Shown: positions 41,437 through 51,868, counted from the first letter of the stretch. The stretch: DNA of 64,000 nt from Alphaproteobacteria bacterium (GCA_965225945.1 CBDDBZ010000030.1:64001-128000), one strand, 5' to 3'. The notes: a model not told the origin generated them from the sequence alone. Program-made: numbers and translations.

Positions 41437-42332
41437 GAGCGGGCCTTGATCTCGACGCCGGCCCAGCCCTCCACCAGTTTGGCGATCTCGGTGATGTCGC
41501 GATTCCGCCAGCCTTGGTGCTCGGCCAGCTTGAAGACCTGGCGGACCTGCTGGCAGACGAACTGCGATACCCCCAGCGCTTCGCCCTCGGCGAGCGCCAG
41601 GTCGATGTCCTTCAAGAGGATGTGCAGCGGCGCGCCATAGGCGAAGTTACGGCTGATGACGTCGCGCGGGATCTTGTCCTCCGTAGCGCTGTTGCGACCC
41701 GAGCCGGCGTTGATCGCCTTCAGCATCACCACGGGGTCGAGCCCGGCCTTGACGCCCATCGCCAGCGCCTCGCACGAGGCGATCAGCGCCGTCGCCGAGA
41801 GGATGTTGTTGGCGAGCTTGAGGACCTGGGCATGGCCCGGCGCATCACCGCAATGGACGATGCTGCGCCCCAGGCTCGCCAGCAGCGGGCGTGCCTCCTC
41901 GAAGGCCGCCGGTGGGCCCGAGACCATGATCGAGAGGGTGCCGGCGCGCGCGCCCGGCGGGCCGCCGCTGATCGGCGCGTCCAAGGCGGTGATGCCGCGC
42001 GCCGCCAGCGCCGCCGCCGTCGCCTCGGCGAAGCGCGAGCCGGTGGTGCAGGTGGAGATGTAGAGCCGGACCTTGCCGCCCTCGACGATGCCGTTCTCGC
42101 CCAAGACGATTTCGCCGATCACCTTATTGTCGGGCAGCGAGACGAAGACCAGCTCGCACGCGTCGGCGACCGCCTTGGGCGAGGCGGCGGCTCGGGCCTG
42201 GCGTTCCAGCAAGGGCGCCATCGCCGCCTCGGCGATGTCGTGGATCACCAGTCGGTGGCCCGCCGCCAGCAAGTTGGCGGCCATGGGCTGGCCCATATTG
42301 CCGGTGCCGATGAAGCCGATGGGGTCCGTCAT
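41433..42332 (-). CDS. NAD(P)-dependent beta-hydroxyacid dehydrogenase (3-hydroxyisobutyrate DH family)
   Basis: GFIGTGNMGQPMA, DAPISGG and KLANN motifs. Confidence 0.92.
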   Translation of the reverse strand: MTDPIGFIGTGNMGQPMAANLLAAGHRLVIHDIAEAAMAPLLERQARAAASPKAVADACELVFVSLPDNKVIGEIVLGENGIVEGGKVRLYISTCTTGSRFAEATAAALAARGITALDAPISGGPPGARAGTLSIMVSGPPAAFEEARPLLASLGRSIVHCGDAPGHAQVLKLANNILSATALIASCEALAMGVKAGLDPVVMLKAINAGSGRNSATEDKIPRDVISRNFAYGAPLHILLKDIDLALAEGEALGVSQFVCQQVRQVFKLAEHQGWRNRDITEIAKLVEGWAGVEIKARS

Positions 42333-43888
42333 GTCGTTTGCCTCCCAGGTGCGGCGCCGTCAGCGGTCTCGGCATCGGTTGGCGCCGTGCATGATTTCGT
42401 ATTGCCGCTCGGTCATGGGGCCGGATCCGGAGGGGTGTCGTCTCTCTCTCTCGAAGCCTAGAGGATTGTCGGGCGAGAGCGAACCGCCCACGGGGTGCCA
42501 CGCGCTATTTCGGCAGGCCCAGCGCCTCGATTTCGGCCGCCACCGTCGCCGAGATCACCTCGTGGCCCTTGGCGTTCGGATGACTGTCGACGTTCCCGAA
42601 ATAGGGCTGGGGTTCCGCCCGGCCGAGCGCCGGTAGAGGATCGATCGCGGGGATGTTTCGCGCGGCGAGGAAATTCAGGACCTTCCGCCGCCAGCGGGTC
42701 TCGCTCGCGATCAGCGCCTCCAGCGGCCCGTGATCCTCGGGCACCCGGACCCGGGGCCGGATCGCGAGCTCCTTGGTCGGCAGCAGGACGACGGCGAAGG
42801 CGATACCCGCCGCCCCGAGCCGAGCGGCCATCCGGGCGATGTGTTTGAGCGAGGCCCGGGCGCCGACCCGGATCCGTAGGTCGCGATCGTCCAGCGCCTG
42901 CAACCGGTAGCGCGCGGTCAGCAGCGTCTTCCAGCGGGGTCCGTCGTGGACGGTGACGAAATCACGATGCGCCGGGCTGATCGCGGCCCGCGCCACTTCG
43001 AAGTTCGGCGCCACCAAGCCCTCCCGCGCATCGATCGAGCCCTGGTGGGCGACGGCCACGTAGAGGTTGCGCAAGAGGCCGAACACCCGGCTCCAGCTCT
43101 TCACCCAGAGGGAGAAGCGTCGCGCCAGGCCGTCTCGCCGCGTGGGCCGGGCGCTCTCCTCGGTCCGCGCGCGCTCGTCCACCAGGTGGCGGACGATTCC
43201 CCTCTCGGCCTCGAGCCGCTCGATCTCGCCGCGCTCGCCCTCGTCCGCGATCTCGGGCAGCCGACCGCGCGCCTTGGCGGTGCGATAGTCGTCGAAGAAG
43301 TCATTGCCGAAATAAAGCGCGAGCAGCACCAGGCGGGGGCGCAGGCCGACCACCCGATCGAGATGGTCGAAGCTGTCGGCGACGCCATAGGTCGGCAGCC
43401 CCATGTTGTAGACGCTTCGCCCGAGCACCGAGGCCAGGAGATGGGGCCAGGCGGCCTCGCGCGCCACGTTGGAGCCATAGACGTGGGAATCGCCGAGCGC
43501 GACGATCTCGGCCCGGTCCGGGACAATTGCGTTGCGGAAGCCGAGGGCGTCGTGCTCCGGGATCGCCGGATCGCCCCGGTAGCCGCCGGCGGGATCGCCG
43601 ATCAGGCGCGGGCGTGGCGGAAAGGTCTTCTCGTCGACCGCCGGCAGCCAGATGCTCGCCAACTGCAGCAGCCCCTCGAAGGCGAGGATCGCCATGCCGA
43701 TGAGGGCTAGATTCTTGCTTGCCTATCCGGTTATCACCCACACCCACTATATGTAGTGTGTCTCCTTGGACTGCAGGCAAGGGCCGGCGCAGGCGCATTG
43801 AGGAGGCGATCCGGCTAATTCTTGATTGTTCTGAAAACCGAACCGGAGTTTAATTCACGTCACGTACTTAACATCGGGGGACGGAACG

Positions 43889-44197
43889 GTGGCGACCAAG
43901 GGAAAAACGAAGAAACCCACGGCCAGACGGGAAGCTGCTGATGAAACGACATCGTCTGAGCGATTGACGGCACTAGTCGAAGAAAGCGACGCGCTGGCAC
44001 GAATCGTTGCGAAGAACCCGTCCGCGCCTGTTAGTCTCCTGCGCGTTTTGAGTCGCAGCGAAGACGAAGCGACACGCAAGAACGTGATCCTCAATCCGTT
44101 TACTTCATATGACGTATTGAGCGAACTTGAAAACCAGTTCACAGAGCTATTTGTGAATAATCCGGCACTCGAATCCTACAATTCAATGAAGCTCTGA
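43889..44197 (+). CDS. Passenger ORF, leucine-rich-variant (LRV/HEAT-like) repeat protein, possibly truncated
   Basis: Repeated NP motifs (KNPSAPVSLL, LNPFTSYDVL, NNPAL); GGGGA upstream of the GTG start. Confidence 0.6.
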   Translation: MATKGKTKKPTARREAADETTSSERLTALVEESDALARIVAKNPSAPVSLLRVLSRSEDEATRKNVILNPFTSYDVLSELENQFTELFVNNPALESYNSMKL

Positions 44198-44344
44198 TTT
44201 CCTGGAATATTCCATCGGTGTCGTTCACCTCCGATTTCAGATAAATTTCAATGAAGTGACGGTCCTTTATGCAACGTGGCGTTTTGCCAAATCCGACTCA
44301 ATGATTAGGATTTCCACCACGCTAAAGTGTCGCCTAAAAGGCGC

Positions 44345-44456
44345 TACAATGCCGTCCGAGTCCCTGCTCGGCATCGCCGGAGATATCTCCGCTTCGACCT
44401 GCACCGAGCTTTACTCAGGAAAATGGGTGCACACTACATATAGTGGGTGTGGGTGA
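44345..44456 (+). pseudogene. Probable C-terminal remnant of an IS1595-type transposase running into the right TIR
   Basis: SLLGIAGDISASTCTELYSGKWVHTTYSGCG* ends inside the TIR. Similarity to ISSod11-group C-termini is from memory only. Confidence 0.55.
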
Positions 44457-44530
44457 TAACCGGATAGGCGAGGATTCTTGAACACCGCCGCCGCCAGGGC
44501 GCCGAGCCTGGAAATCATCCGCCGCGTCGT

Positions 44531-44546
44531 TTAGAGCATGATCCGA
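44531..44546 (+). repeat. Half copy of the 20467 palindrome
   Basis: TTAGAGCATGATCCGA is identical to 20467-20482; no right arm follows. Confidence 0.6.
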
Positions 44547-44643
44547 CGCTTCGGCGACCCGGTGCGTGACCGCCGGCGGCGGAGTATGGCACACTCGCCC
44601 TCAAGGCGCCGCCGTGGGTGCCGTCAAGTGGGAGGCTACTGCC

Positions 44644-46275
44644 ATGAAAGTGGTCGAGGCGATCGCCGAAATTCTGCAGCGAGAGGGGGTGGAGATGCTG
44701 ATCGCCTACCCCGTCAATCACGTCATCGAATATTCGGCCAGGATCGACATTCGCACCATCATCGTCCGCCAGGAGCGCATCGGCCTCCACATGGCCGACG
44801 CCATCAGCCGCCTCACCAGCGGCGAGAAGATCGGCGTCTTCGCCATGCAGCACGGGCCCGGGGCGGAGAACGCCTTCGGCGGCGTGGCCCAGGCTTACGG
44901 CGAATCGGTGCCGATCCTGGTCATCCCCCAGGGCTATCCGCAAGATATCGCCCAGGTCGAGCCCAACTTCAGCTCGGCCCTCAACTACAAGCACGTCACC
45001 AAGTCGGCCGAGCCGCTGGTCCATCCCAACCACGTGGTCGACGTGATGCGCCGCGCCTTCACCCGGGTCCGCAACGGTCGTCCGGGGCCGGTGCTGGTGG
45101 AAGTGCCGTCCGACCTGATGATGGCGGAATACGAGGGCGAGATCGACTATACGCCCGCCGTCACGCTCCGAAGCGCCCCCGACCCCGAGGGCGTCGAGCG
45201 CATGGCCGAGACCCTGGTGGCGGCGAAACGCCCGGTGCTCTATGCCGGCCAAGGCGTGCACTACGCCAAGGCCTGGGACGATCTGAAGCGCTTGTCCGAA
45301 CTGTTGGCCGCGCCCGTCACCACCAGCCTCCAGGGCAAGAGCGCATTTGCCGAGAACCATCCGTTGAGCCTCGGCTCTTGCGGCCGAGCGATCCCGAAGA
45401 TGGTGCACGAGTATCTGGCCAAGGCGGACGTCATCTTCGGCATCGGCTGCAGCTTCACCAGGACCGGCTTCGGCACCCAGATGCCGAAGGGCAAGACCAT
45501 CCTGCACGCGACCTTGGATCCACTCGACGTCAACAAGAACCAGGTCTCGGACCAGGCGCTGATCGGCGATGCCGGCCTGACGCTCCGGGCCCTGAACGTG
45601 GCGGTCGAGGAGCGCCTCGGCGGCCAGGCGCGCAATTCGGTCCCGGTGGCTGATGACATCGCCCGCATCAAGGCCGAGTGGATGGAGCAATGGCTGCCGA
45701 AGCTGACCTCGGCCGAGACCCCGCTTTCGCCCTATCGCGTGCTCTGGGACCTGCACCGAACCGTCGACCGCGCCAACACCATCATCACCCACGACGCCGG
45801 CAGCCCGCGCGACCAGATCTCGCCCTTCTGGGAGGCGATCGCGCCGCTCTCCTACATCGGCTGGGGCAAGACCACGCAGCTCGGATATGGCCTCGGCCTC
45901 GCCATGGGGGCGAAGCTGGCATGCCCGGACAAGCTCTGCATCAACGTCTGGGGCGACGCGGCGATCGGCTTCACCGGCATGGATTTCGAGACGGCGGTCC
46001 GGGAGCGGATACCGATCCTCTCGATCCTCATGAACAATTTCTCGATGGCGATCGAGCTGCCGATCATGGAGGTCTCGACGGAGAAATATCGCTCGACCGA
46101 CATCTCGGGCGATTACGCGGCGATGGCGCGGGCCTTCGGCGGCCATGGCGAGCGGGTGAGCGATCCCTCCGAGATCGTGCCGGCGATCCGCCGGGGCATC
46201 GAGCAGACCGAGGCCGGCGTCCCGGCGCTGCTGGAGTTCATCACCCAGAAGGAAATCGAGATCTCCAAGTTCTGA
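44644..46275 (+). CDS. Thiamine pyrophosphate-requiring enzyme (acetolactate synthase-like)
   Basis: VRQERIGLHMADA, HGPG, RPGPVLVEVP and GDAA..MNN; RBS GGAGG. Confidence 0.9.
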   Translation: MKVVEAIAEILQREGVEMLIAYPVNHVIEYSARIDIRTIIVRQERIGLHMADAISRLTSGEKIGVFAMQHGPGAENAFGGVAQAYGESVPILVIPQGYPQDIAQVEPNFSSALNYKHVTKSAEPLVHPNHVVDVMRRAFTRVRNGRPGPVLVEVPSDLMMAEYEGEIDYTPAVTLRSAPDPEGVERMAETLVAAKRPVLYAGQGVHYAKAWDDLKRLSELLAAPVTTSLQGKSAFAENHPLSLGSCGRAIPKMVHEYLAKADVIFGIGCSFTRTGFGTQMPKGKTILHATLDPLDVNKNQVSDQALIGDAGLTLRALNVAVEERLGGQARNSVPVADDIARIKAEWMEQWLPKLTSAETPLSPYRVLWDLHRTVDRANTIITHDAGSPRDQISPFWEAIAPLSYIGWGKTTQLGYGLGLAMGAKLACPDKLCINVWGDAAIGFTGMDFETAVRERIPILSILMNNFSMAIELPIMEVSTEKYRSTDISGDYAAMARAFGGHGERVSDPSEIVPAIRRGIEQTEAGVPALLEFITQKEIEISKF

Positions 46276-46330
46276 GGCCGGTCGCCCCATGGCGTCGACT
46301 TGAAAATGCGGCGCCGGGCCGCCCCGAGCC

Positions 46331-47794
46331 TCATCGCGCGGCGGGCAGGTGCAGGAACTGCTGCGCGACCCGCCTCGCCGCCGCCTCGCCGCCGTCGTCC
46401 TCGATTCCGCCGGTGACCAAGCGGAGATCGGCGAGCGCGGCGGCGTATTCGAGATTGGCGTCGACGATCCGGCGCTGCATCCGGGCGAGCTTGGCGAGCG
46501 CCGCCAAATGGCCGCCGCCGCCGCCGGGGCCGGGCTCGCTTTGGCGCGCCTTATCGTCGGCGATTCCCTCCAACAGCGTGTTGGTCTTCAGCGCCAAGTC
46601 GTAGCTGGCGCCGCTCAGCCGCAGGCGCTCGACGATGGTCTGGACGTCGGTCTGGAGCTGGCGGAGGCGAAGGGTGAGGTCGACGCGGACCGTGTTCTCG
46701 GAGGCCCTCGCCGCGCCGAGTCGCCCCTCGGCGGCCGAATTGCGCAGGCTGTGGGCCAACCGCACGCGGACGCCGCTCTGCTTCACGATGAAATTGGCCT
46801 CGGGCAACAGTCCGTTCAGGGCGGCGGCGACGCGGATGTCTTCCGAGCTTACCCGCTGGCGCAACATCCGGATGTCGGCCCGGTTCTCGATCGCGCCCCG
46901 GATCAGCAGCGCCTCGTCCGGGCCGCCATCGGCCGGCAACAGCACGACTCGGGGAAAGGCGCCGCCCGCCTCCGGCAGCGACTGGACGTTCGCCGTCTCC
47001 AGCCCGAGCGCCACCGCCAGATCGCGCCGGGCGTTGAGCCAGGCGGCACGGGCTTGGCCGACCTCGAGGCGGCGGAACGCCAAGTCCGCCTCCGCTTCCT
47101 GGCCGGCGAGTGGCGCCAGCTCGCCGCGTTCGACGAGTTGCGCCGTGGCCTCTACCGAACGGGCGACGTGGCCTTCCAGAAGCCTCACCACCTCCAGCCG
47201 CTTGGCCGCGGCAAGGGCCCGCCAGTGGGCCTGCACGGCCGTATGAACCAAGCCGCGCTTCTCGTGCCGCGCCCGCCACTCGCTCGCCACCAGATCGGAT
47301 CGGGCGGCCCGTTCGTCGGCCGCCGCGTGTTTGCCCGCGCCGCGCAGCAGTGGCCAGGTGATGGAGAGCGCGGGCGCGGTCCGCGTCTCGGCCAGGACCT
47401 CCTCGGATTCCTCGCCGATGTTATTGAAGACGGAAAATCCCGGACGCACGATGATACCGTTGCGGAACCGCTTGGAGAAGCCGAACCGGCCGCCGTAGAT
47501 GTTGACTAGGTCGGTGTCGTTGGTGAGGAGGCCGTCCCTGTTGTCCTTGATCACCTCGCGGCGCTCGAAGGAGCCCTCGGCGAAGAGGTGCCAGTCGAAT
47601 TGGCCCTTGGCGATGTCGAGCCGGGCGCGACTTTCGGCGATGGCGCCCTGCTGTCGCTCGAGCGCGGGATGGCGTTCGAGGGCGAGGGCGACGACCGCTT
47701 CGAGCTCCAGGGTTTGGGCCAGCGCCGGGCCGGGCGATGCGAAGGCCACGAGCAACGCCGCCGAGAGCCATCCAGCGCGCGAGGACCACCTCAC
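46331..47794 (-). CDS. TolC-family outer membrane efflux protein
   Basis: Signal peptide; LELEAVVALALERHP, WPLLRG, AIENRADIR and ALADLRLVTG. Confidence 0.85.
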   Translation of the reverse strand: MRWSSRAGWLSAALLVAFASPGPALAQTLELEAVVALALERHPALERQQGAIAESRARLDIAKGQFDWHLFAEGSFERREVIKDNRDGLLTNDTDLVNIYGGRFGFSKRFRNGIIVRPGFSVFNNIGEESEEVLAETRTAPALSITWPLLRGAGKHAAADERAARSDLVASEWRARHEKRGLVHTAVQAHWRALAAAKRLEVVRLLEGHVARSVEATAQLVERGELAPLAGQEAEADLAFRRLEVGQARAAWLNARRDLAVALGLETANVQSLPEAGGAFPRVVLLPADGGPDEALLIRGAIENRADIRMLRQRVSSEDIRVAAALNGLLPEANFIVKQSGVRVRLAHSLRNSAAEGRLGAARASENTVRVDLTLRLRQLQTDVQTIVERLRLSGASYDLALKTNTLLEGIADDKARQSEPGPGGGGGHLAALAKLARMQRRIVDANLEYAAALADLRLVTGGIEDDGGEAAARRVAQQFLHLPAAR

Positions 47795-48601
47795 TCACGC
47801 CTCCCCGACGATATGACCGTCGACCATCTTCACCACGCGATCGGCGATCCGGTACAGCCTCGGATCGTGCGTCACCATCAGGAGCGCCGTCTTCTCCTCG
47901 GTGACGCGGCGCCGCAGCATGTCGATCACCTGAGCGGCCATGTCGCGATCGAGGGCCGCCGTCGGCTCGTCCGCGAGGATCAGCCGAGGATCGTTGATCA
48001 GCGCCCGGGCGATGGCGATCCGCTGCTTCTGTCCGGTGGAGAGCTGCGCCGGCTTGACGTCGGCGAACTCGGCCAGACCCAGCTCGTCCAGCAAGGCGGC
48101 CGGCCGGTCGCGGAAGTCCTTGCGACCGTAGCGCTTGCGGAAGAGTCGCATGGTGAGCCGCAAGGTCTCGGTCGCGGTCAGCGATTCGAACAGATTGTGG
48201 TCCTGAAAGATGAAGCCGATGTTGCGGCGCATCCGTTCCATTTGGCTCTGGCCGAGGCCCCCCAACGCGGCCCCGTCGAGCCGGATGTCGCCGTCCTGGA
48301 TGGCGCGCAAGGCGCCGATCAGCGACAACAGCGTGGTCTTGCCGGAGCCGGAGGGGCCGGTCAACGCCACGAAATCCCCCGGCTCCAGGATCAGATCGAT
48401 ACCGTCCAGCACCTTCCGTCCGGGGCGGTTGGATTTGAAAGCGTAGCCGACGCCCGTCACCTCGACCGCCGGCAGGTCCGACCGGGTCGGGCGTTCGGAC
48501 GGCTCGCCCGCCGTCAGGGAGATTGCAGGCTGTGGAGACACCTTGTCGTGGCCTCTCGCTCGCTCCCTCGGCCTCGAGCGTTTCAAGCTTGTTCGCTTCA
48601 A
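47795..48601 (-). CDS. ABC ATP-binding protein, DevA-like
   Basis: GPSGSGKTT, IGFIFQDHNL, LSTGQKQR, ADEPTAALD and VTHDPR; start uncertain. Confidence 0.9.
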   Translation of the reverse strand: MKRTSLKRSRPRERARGHDKVSPQPAISLTAGEPSERPTRSDLPAVEVTGVGYAFKSNRPGRKVLDGIDLILEPGDFVALTGPSGSGKTTLLSLIGALRAIQDGDIRLDGAALGGLGQSQMERMRRNIGFIFQDHNLFESLTATETLRLTMRLFRKRYGRKDFRDRPAALLDELGLAEFADVKPAQLSTGQKQRIAIARALINDPRLILADEPTAALDRDMAAQVIDMLRRRVTEEKTALLMVTHDPRLYRIADRVVKMVDGHIVGEA

Positions 48602-48613
48602 TCCCGAAGCGCT

Positions 48614-49750
48614 CTAGAACAACTCCGCCGGGTCGGCCTGGGCGACCCGGCGCATCGCCAGCAGTCCGGCGCCGACCGACATCACCACCGTCAGTGCCAG
48701 GATCGATCCGGTTCGCCACCAAGTATGGCGCATGATCAGCGCCGTCAGATCCTGGATCACCTCATAGGCGACGTACGATATTCCGAGCGCCAGCGCAAAT
48801 CCGACGAGGCTGAGCAGAACCGCCTGTTGCAGGATGATCCGGGCGAAAAAACCCCGGGCGAAGCCCAGCGCCTTCAGAGTGGCGTATTGTGCCTGCTGAT
48901 CGGAGATCTCGTTGTAGAGGATCTGGTAGCAGGTGATCAGGCCGATCACCAGGCCGGCCAGCATGCCGATGCCGAAGATGATGCCGATCGGCGCCGCGCG
49001 GATGGTGAAGAGGAACTCGCGGTCGCGCAGCGATTGCGGCGTCAGCGCCGTCATCTCGCCGGGCGCCAACGCCTCGATTGCCCGTCGCACGGCCTCGACC
49101 GGGGCGCCTGGCGCCAGCCACACCACGCCCAGGATCGGATCGGCATTGGGCACCAGCGCCAGCCAGTTGCCCTCGCTCATCACCACCGCGCCGTCCGAGA
49201 TGACGTTGGGGCCGATCTCCACCTCGCCGGCGATGCGGAAGGGCTGGCGGTCCAGCAGGATCTCCCGGCCAGCGCCGACGTCGCCGTAAATGTCGCGGCT
49301 GCGCTTGTCGAACAGCACCGTGCGGGCGAGCTTGAGATCGCGGGCAATTCGGCCGGCTTCGCCGATGGCGAGCGGCGCGTCCTCCGGCGGAAAGGCGTAG
49401 ACGACGATGCGTCGGCTGCGATCGTCCCCGTGTTGGGCGAGGCCGACGTTGCCCTTGTAGATCCGGCTCACCTTGGCGACGCCGGGGAGCGCGGCGATCT
49501 GGTTCAGCCGGATCGGTTCCAGCTCCTGCCACTTGTTGAGGTTGGTCTGGTTGGCGTGCATCACCACGATGTCGCCGCGCACCAGCGTCGCCAGGTTAGC
49601 CTGGCTGTCGAGCACGCCGAAAAAGAACCCCGCCTCGACGAACATTATCACCACGGCGACGGCGATACCGGCCGAGGCGGCGGCGAAGCGACGCCGGTCG
49701 TGGGTCAGGATGCGTGCGCCGAGGCCGCCGGGAAGGCTGAACGGAAACAT
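48614..49750 (-). CDS. ABC permease, DevC/FtsX-like
   Basis: GIAVAVVIMFVEAGF, YQILYNEI, YATLKALG and ADPAELF at the end. Confidence 0.88.
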   Translation of the reverse strand: MFPFSLPGGLGARILTHDRRRFAAASAGIAVAVVIMFVEAGFFFGVLDSQANLATLVRGDIVVMHANQTNLNKWQELEPIRLNQIAALPGVAKVSRIYKGNVGLAQHGDDRSRRIVVYAFPPEDAPLAIGEAGRIARDLKLARTVLFDKRSRDIYGDVGAGREILLDRQPFRIAGEVEIGPNVISDGAVVMSEGNWLALVPNADPILGVVWLAPGAPVEAVRRAIEALAPGEMTALTPQSLRDREFLFTIRAAPIGIIFGIGMLAGLVIGLITCYQILYNEISDQQAQYATLKALGFARGFFARIILQQAVLLSLVGFALALGISYVAYEVIQDLTALIMRHTWWRTGSILALTVVMSVGAGLLAMRRVAQADPAELF

Positions 49751-49752
49751 CG

Positions 49753-50952
49753 TCAGAAGAGCTCCGCCGGATCGGCGTGCCGCAGTCGATGCAGGGTCAG
49801 CAGCGCCGAGGCGAGGCACATCGCCAACGCCATCCCGCCCACCCAGACGACGAGTTCGGGGTCCATCCGCATCGGCAGGTGGCTCGCCTCGCTCACCTGG
49901 TGGAAGGCGAGACGGCCCAGCAGCCAGGCTGGCAGGAAGCCCAGGAGCGCGAAGAGGGCGGTTTGCGTCACGCCGACGCCGAGCACGAAATGGCGGCCGA
50001 AGCCCATCGCCTTCAGGGTCGCGAACTCGCCCATACGGTTGCCGATCTCGGTCGAGATCACCTGGAACAGGATCACCACGCCGACGACGAAGCCGATGAA
50101 CATGCCGGTCTGGAACATCAGCCCGACCGGCCGGTCGGAGGTGAAGTAGTCCTGCTCCCGCTCGATCAATTCCTCGCGGGTCAGCACCCGGACATCCCCC
50201 GGCAGCACCTCGGCGACGCGGCGCTTCGTGGCGGCTGAATCGCCGCCCGGCGCCAGGCGCAGCAGACCCATGCTCACTTGGCGGGCCGAGCCGCGGACGA
50301 GGTGTCCGAAGCTATCGTTGTGGGTGATCGCGGCACCCTCGGCGTAGAAGAAGGCGCCGAGCTCGAAATGACCGACGACGCGGACTTCCCGGTTGTTGAT
50401 CAGCCCAGCGGCGCCGGTGGAAATGTCTCCATAGTCCTCGTGGCTGAAGGCATCTACCAGCACCGCCCGATTCTCTCTCAAGGCGCTCAACCCGGCGCGG
50501 ATCCGGGGATCGCGAACGAAACTCGGATCGTCGTCGATGCCCACCAGCAGCAGGGTCGAGCGCAGGCCGTTCGCCGGATCGGTCCAGCGGCCGGCCTTGA
50601 TCGCGATGTTGAAGCTATTCCGTACCTCCGGCACCGCGCGGGCCTGGGTCAGGCGAACCCGGTCGAAACGCGGCGCGGCGGCGAGATATTGATAATCGCT
50701 GGAGACCACGACGAGATCGAAGTGGAAGAACTCGTAAAGCAGGGTCGCCGCGCGGCGGGTCGCGTCGAGGAAGCCGATCTGCAGGAACAGCAGGAAGATG
50801 GCGAAACAAATGCCCGTCGCCGCCACCGTGGTTCGGGTCGGGCGCTGCGAGAGGTTGCGCCACGAGAGCGTCAGGCACGCCCGGAGCAATCCTCCCCCCA
50901 ACGAAATTTCGCCGAACACCCGTTGCGCCTCCCGTCTGGAGTCGTGCTCCAA
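49753..50952 (-). CDS. ABC permease, DevC/FtsX-like (second paralogue)
   Basis: GICFAIFLLFLQIGF, FQVISTEI, FATLKAMG and ADPAELF at the end; start may be GTG 50919. Confidence 0.88.
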   Translation of the reverse strand: MEHDSRREAQRVFGEISLGGGLLRACLTLSWRNLSQRPTRTTVAATGICFAIFLLFLQIGFLDATRRAATLLYEFFHFDLVVVSSDYQYLAAAPRFDRVRLTQARAVPEVRNSFNIAIKAGRWTDPANGLRSTLLLVGIDDDPSFVRDPRIRAGLSALRENRAVLVDAFSHEDYGDISTGAAGLINNREVRVVGHFELGAFFYAEGAAITHNDSFGHLVRGSARQVSMGLLRLAPGGDSAATKRRVAEVLPGDVRVLTREELIEREQDYFTSDRPVGLMFQTGMFIGFVVGVVILFQVISTEIGNRMGEFATLKAMGFGRHFVLGVGVTQTALFALLGFLPAWLLGRLAFHQVSEASHLPMRMDPELVVWVGGMALAMCLASALLTLHRLRHADPAELF

Positions 50953-50959
50953 GGCCGCC

Positions 50960-51868
50960 TCAGCGCTGGATGGTGACTTGCACCTCCATCCCGACGACCT
51001 TTCCGGCGACCTCGGAATTATCGAGCCGGATCAAAACCTTGGCAAGCTTACTGTCGGTGTCGACGAGACGCTCGACGCGCTCCACCACGCCCGTCAGCGG
51101 CCCCGGCAGCGACGCGCTCTTGGCGCTCGCCTTCATGCCCGGCTCGATCTTCAAGATGTCGCCCTCGTAAACGTCGGCCGTGACGTACATCTTGGCGAGA
51201 TCGGCCATCAATACGACCGGGTCGCCGCGAAGGTGTTCGCCCACGCGTTTCTCGACAGCCAGGATGGTGCCGTCGCTCGGCGCCACCACCTCCGAGGCGC
51301 GAAATCGCGCCTCCGCGAGCGCGAGCCGCGCCTCCGCCAACTTGATCTTGAAGCGCAGCTCGTTGCGTAGCGTCTTCAGCCGCCTCTGCTCCAGCACCAC
51401 GCCGCGCCGCGCCGCGGCCACCTCATACTCGCGGCGCTGCACCTCCCGCTCCGAGATCGCGTTCTGGCCGAGCTTCAGATACTGCGCCAGCTCCGCCTCG
51501 GCCCTCTTGAAGCGCATCTGGGCGGACTGAACCACCAGCTTCTGCACCGCTATGGCATCGCGGCCGCTACGCGCTACCTCCTCCCGCTCGATTCCGGCGA
51601 GCGCCTTTTCCGTCTCCAGTACGGTTCTGTTGCCGAGAACCATAAGCACGTCGCCGCGTTTCACCTGATCGTGGGGGGCCACGAGGATCTCGACGACGGG
51701 ACTGCCGGGCGTGCCGGAGAGGGTGGTGATGCCGTTCTTGGGCGTCAGCCGGCCGATGGCGCCGAGCTCGCCCTCGGCGGCGGCGGAAAGCGGCCAGAGC
51801 AGGCCCGAGACGACGAGCGCCAGGGCGAGCCTCGGGAGGAATCGTCCAAGCAACATGGCGATATGCAC
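50960..51868 (-). CDS. Periplasmic adaptor, HlyD/DevB-like
   Basis: GAIGRLTP, VKRGDVL, coiled coil, VVAPSDGTIL, ADVYEGDI and GMEVQVTI. Confidence 0.88.
   Translation of the reverse strand: MHIAMLLGRFLPRLALALVVSGLLWPLSAAAEGELGAIGRLTPKNGITTLSGTPGSPVVEILVAPHDQVKRGDVLMVLGNRTVLETEKALAGIEREEVARSGRDAIAVQKLVVQSAQMRFKRAEAELAQYLKLGQNAISEREVQRREYEVAAARRGVVLEQRRLKTLRNELRFKIKLAEARLALAEARFRASEVVAPSDGTILAVEKRVGEHLRGDPVVLMADLAKMYVTADVYEGDILKIEPGMKASAKSASLPGPLTGVVERVERLVDTDSKLAKVLIRLDNSEVAGKVVGMEVQVTIQR

Larger units (their letters stand above)
43718..44472. mobile_element. Non-autonomous IS1595-family (ISSod11-like) cassette, 755 bp
   Basis: 43-bp TIRs with the inner 40 bp perfect (43721-43760 and 44430-44469); 8-bp TSD GATTCTTG at 43710-43717 and 44473-44480; end CTTGCCTATC fits nnnGcnTATC; lower GC; no full transposase. 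Confidence 0.9.
42505..44518 (-). pseudogene. SGNH/GDSL-type hydrolase or acyltransferase, 5' end interrupted by a 755-bp element
   Basis: GDS, YFGND and DSHPNAKGH motifs. Removing 43718-44472 plus one TSD copy restores MISRLGALAAAVFKN-LALIGMAILAF in frame (416 aa). Confidence 0.88.
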
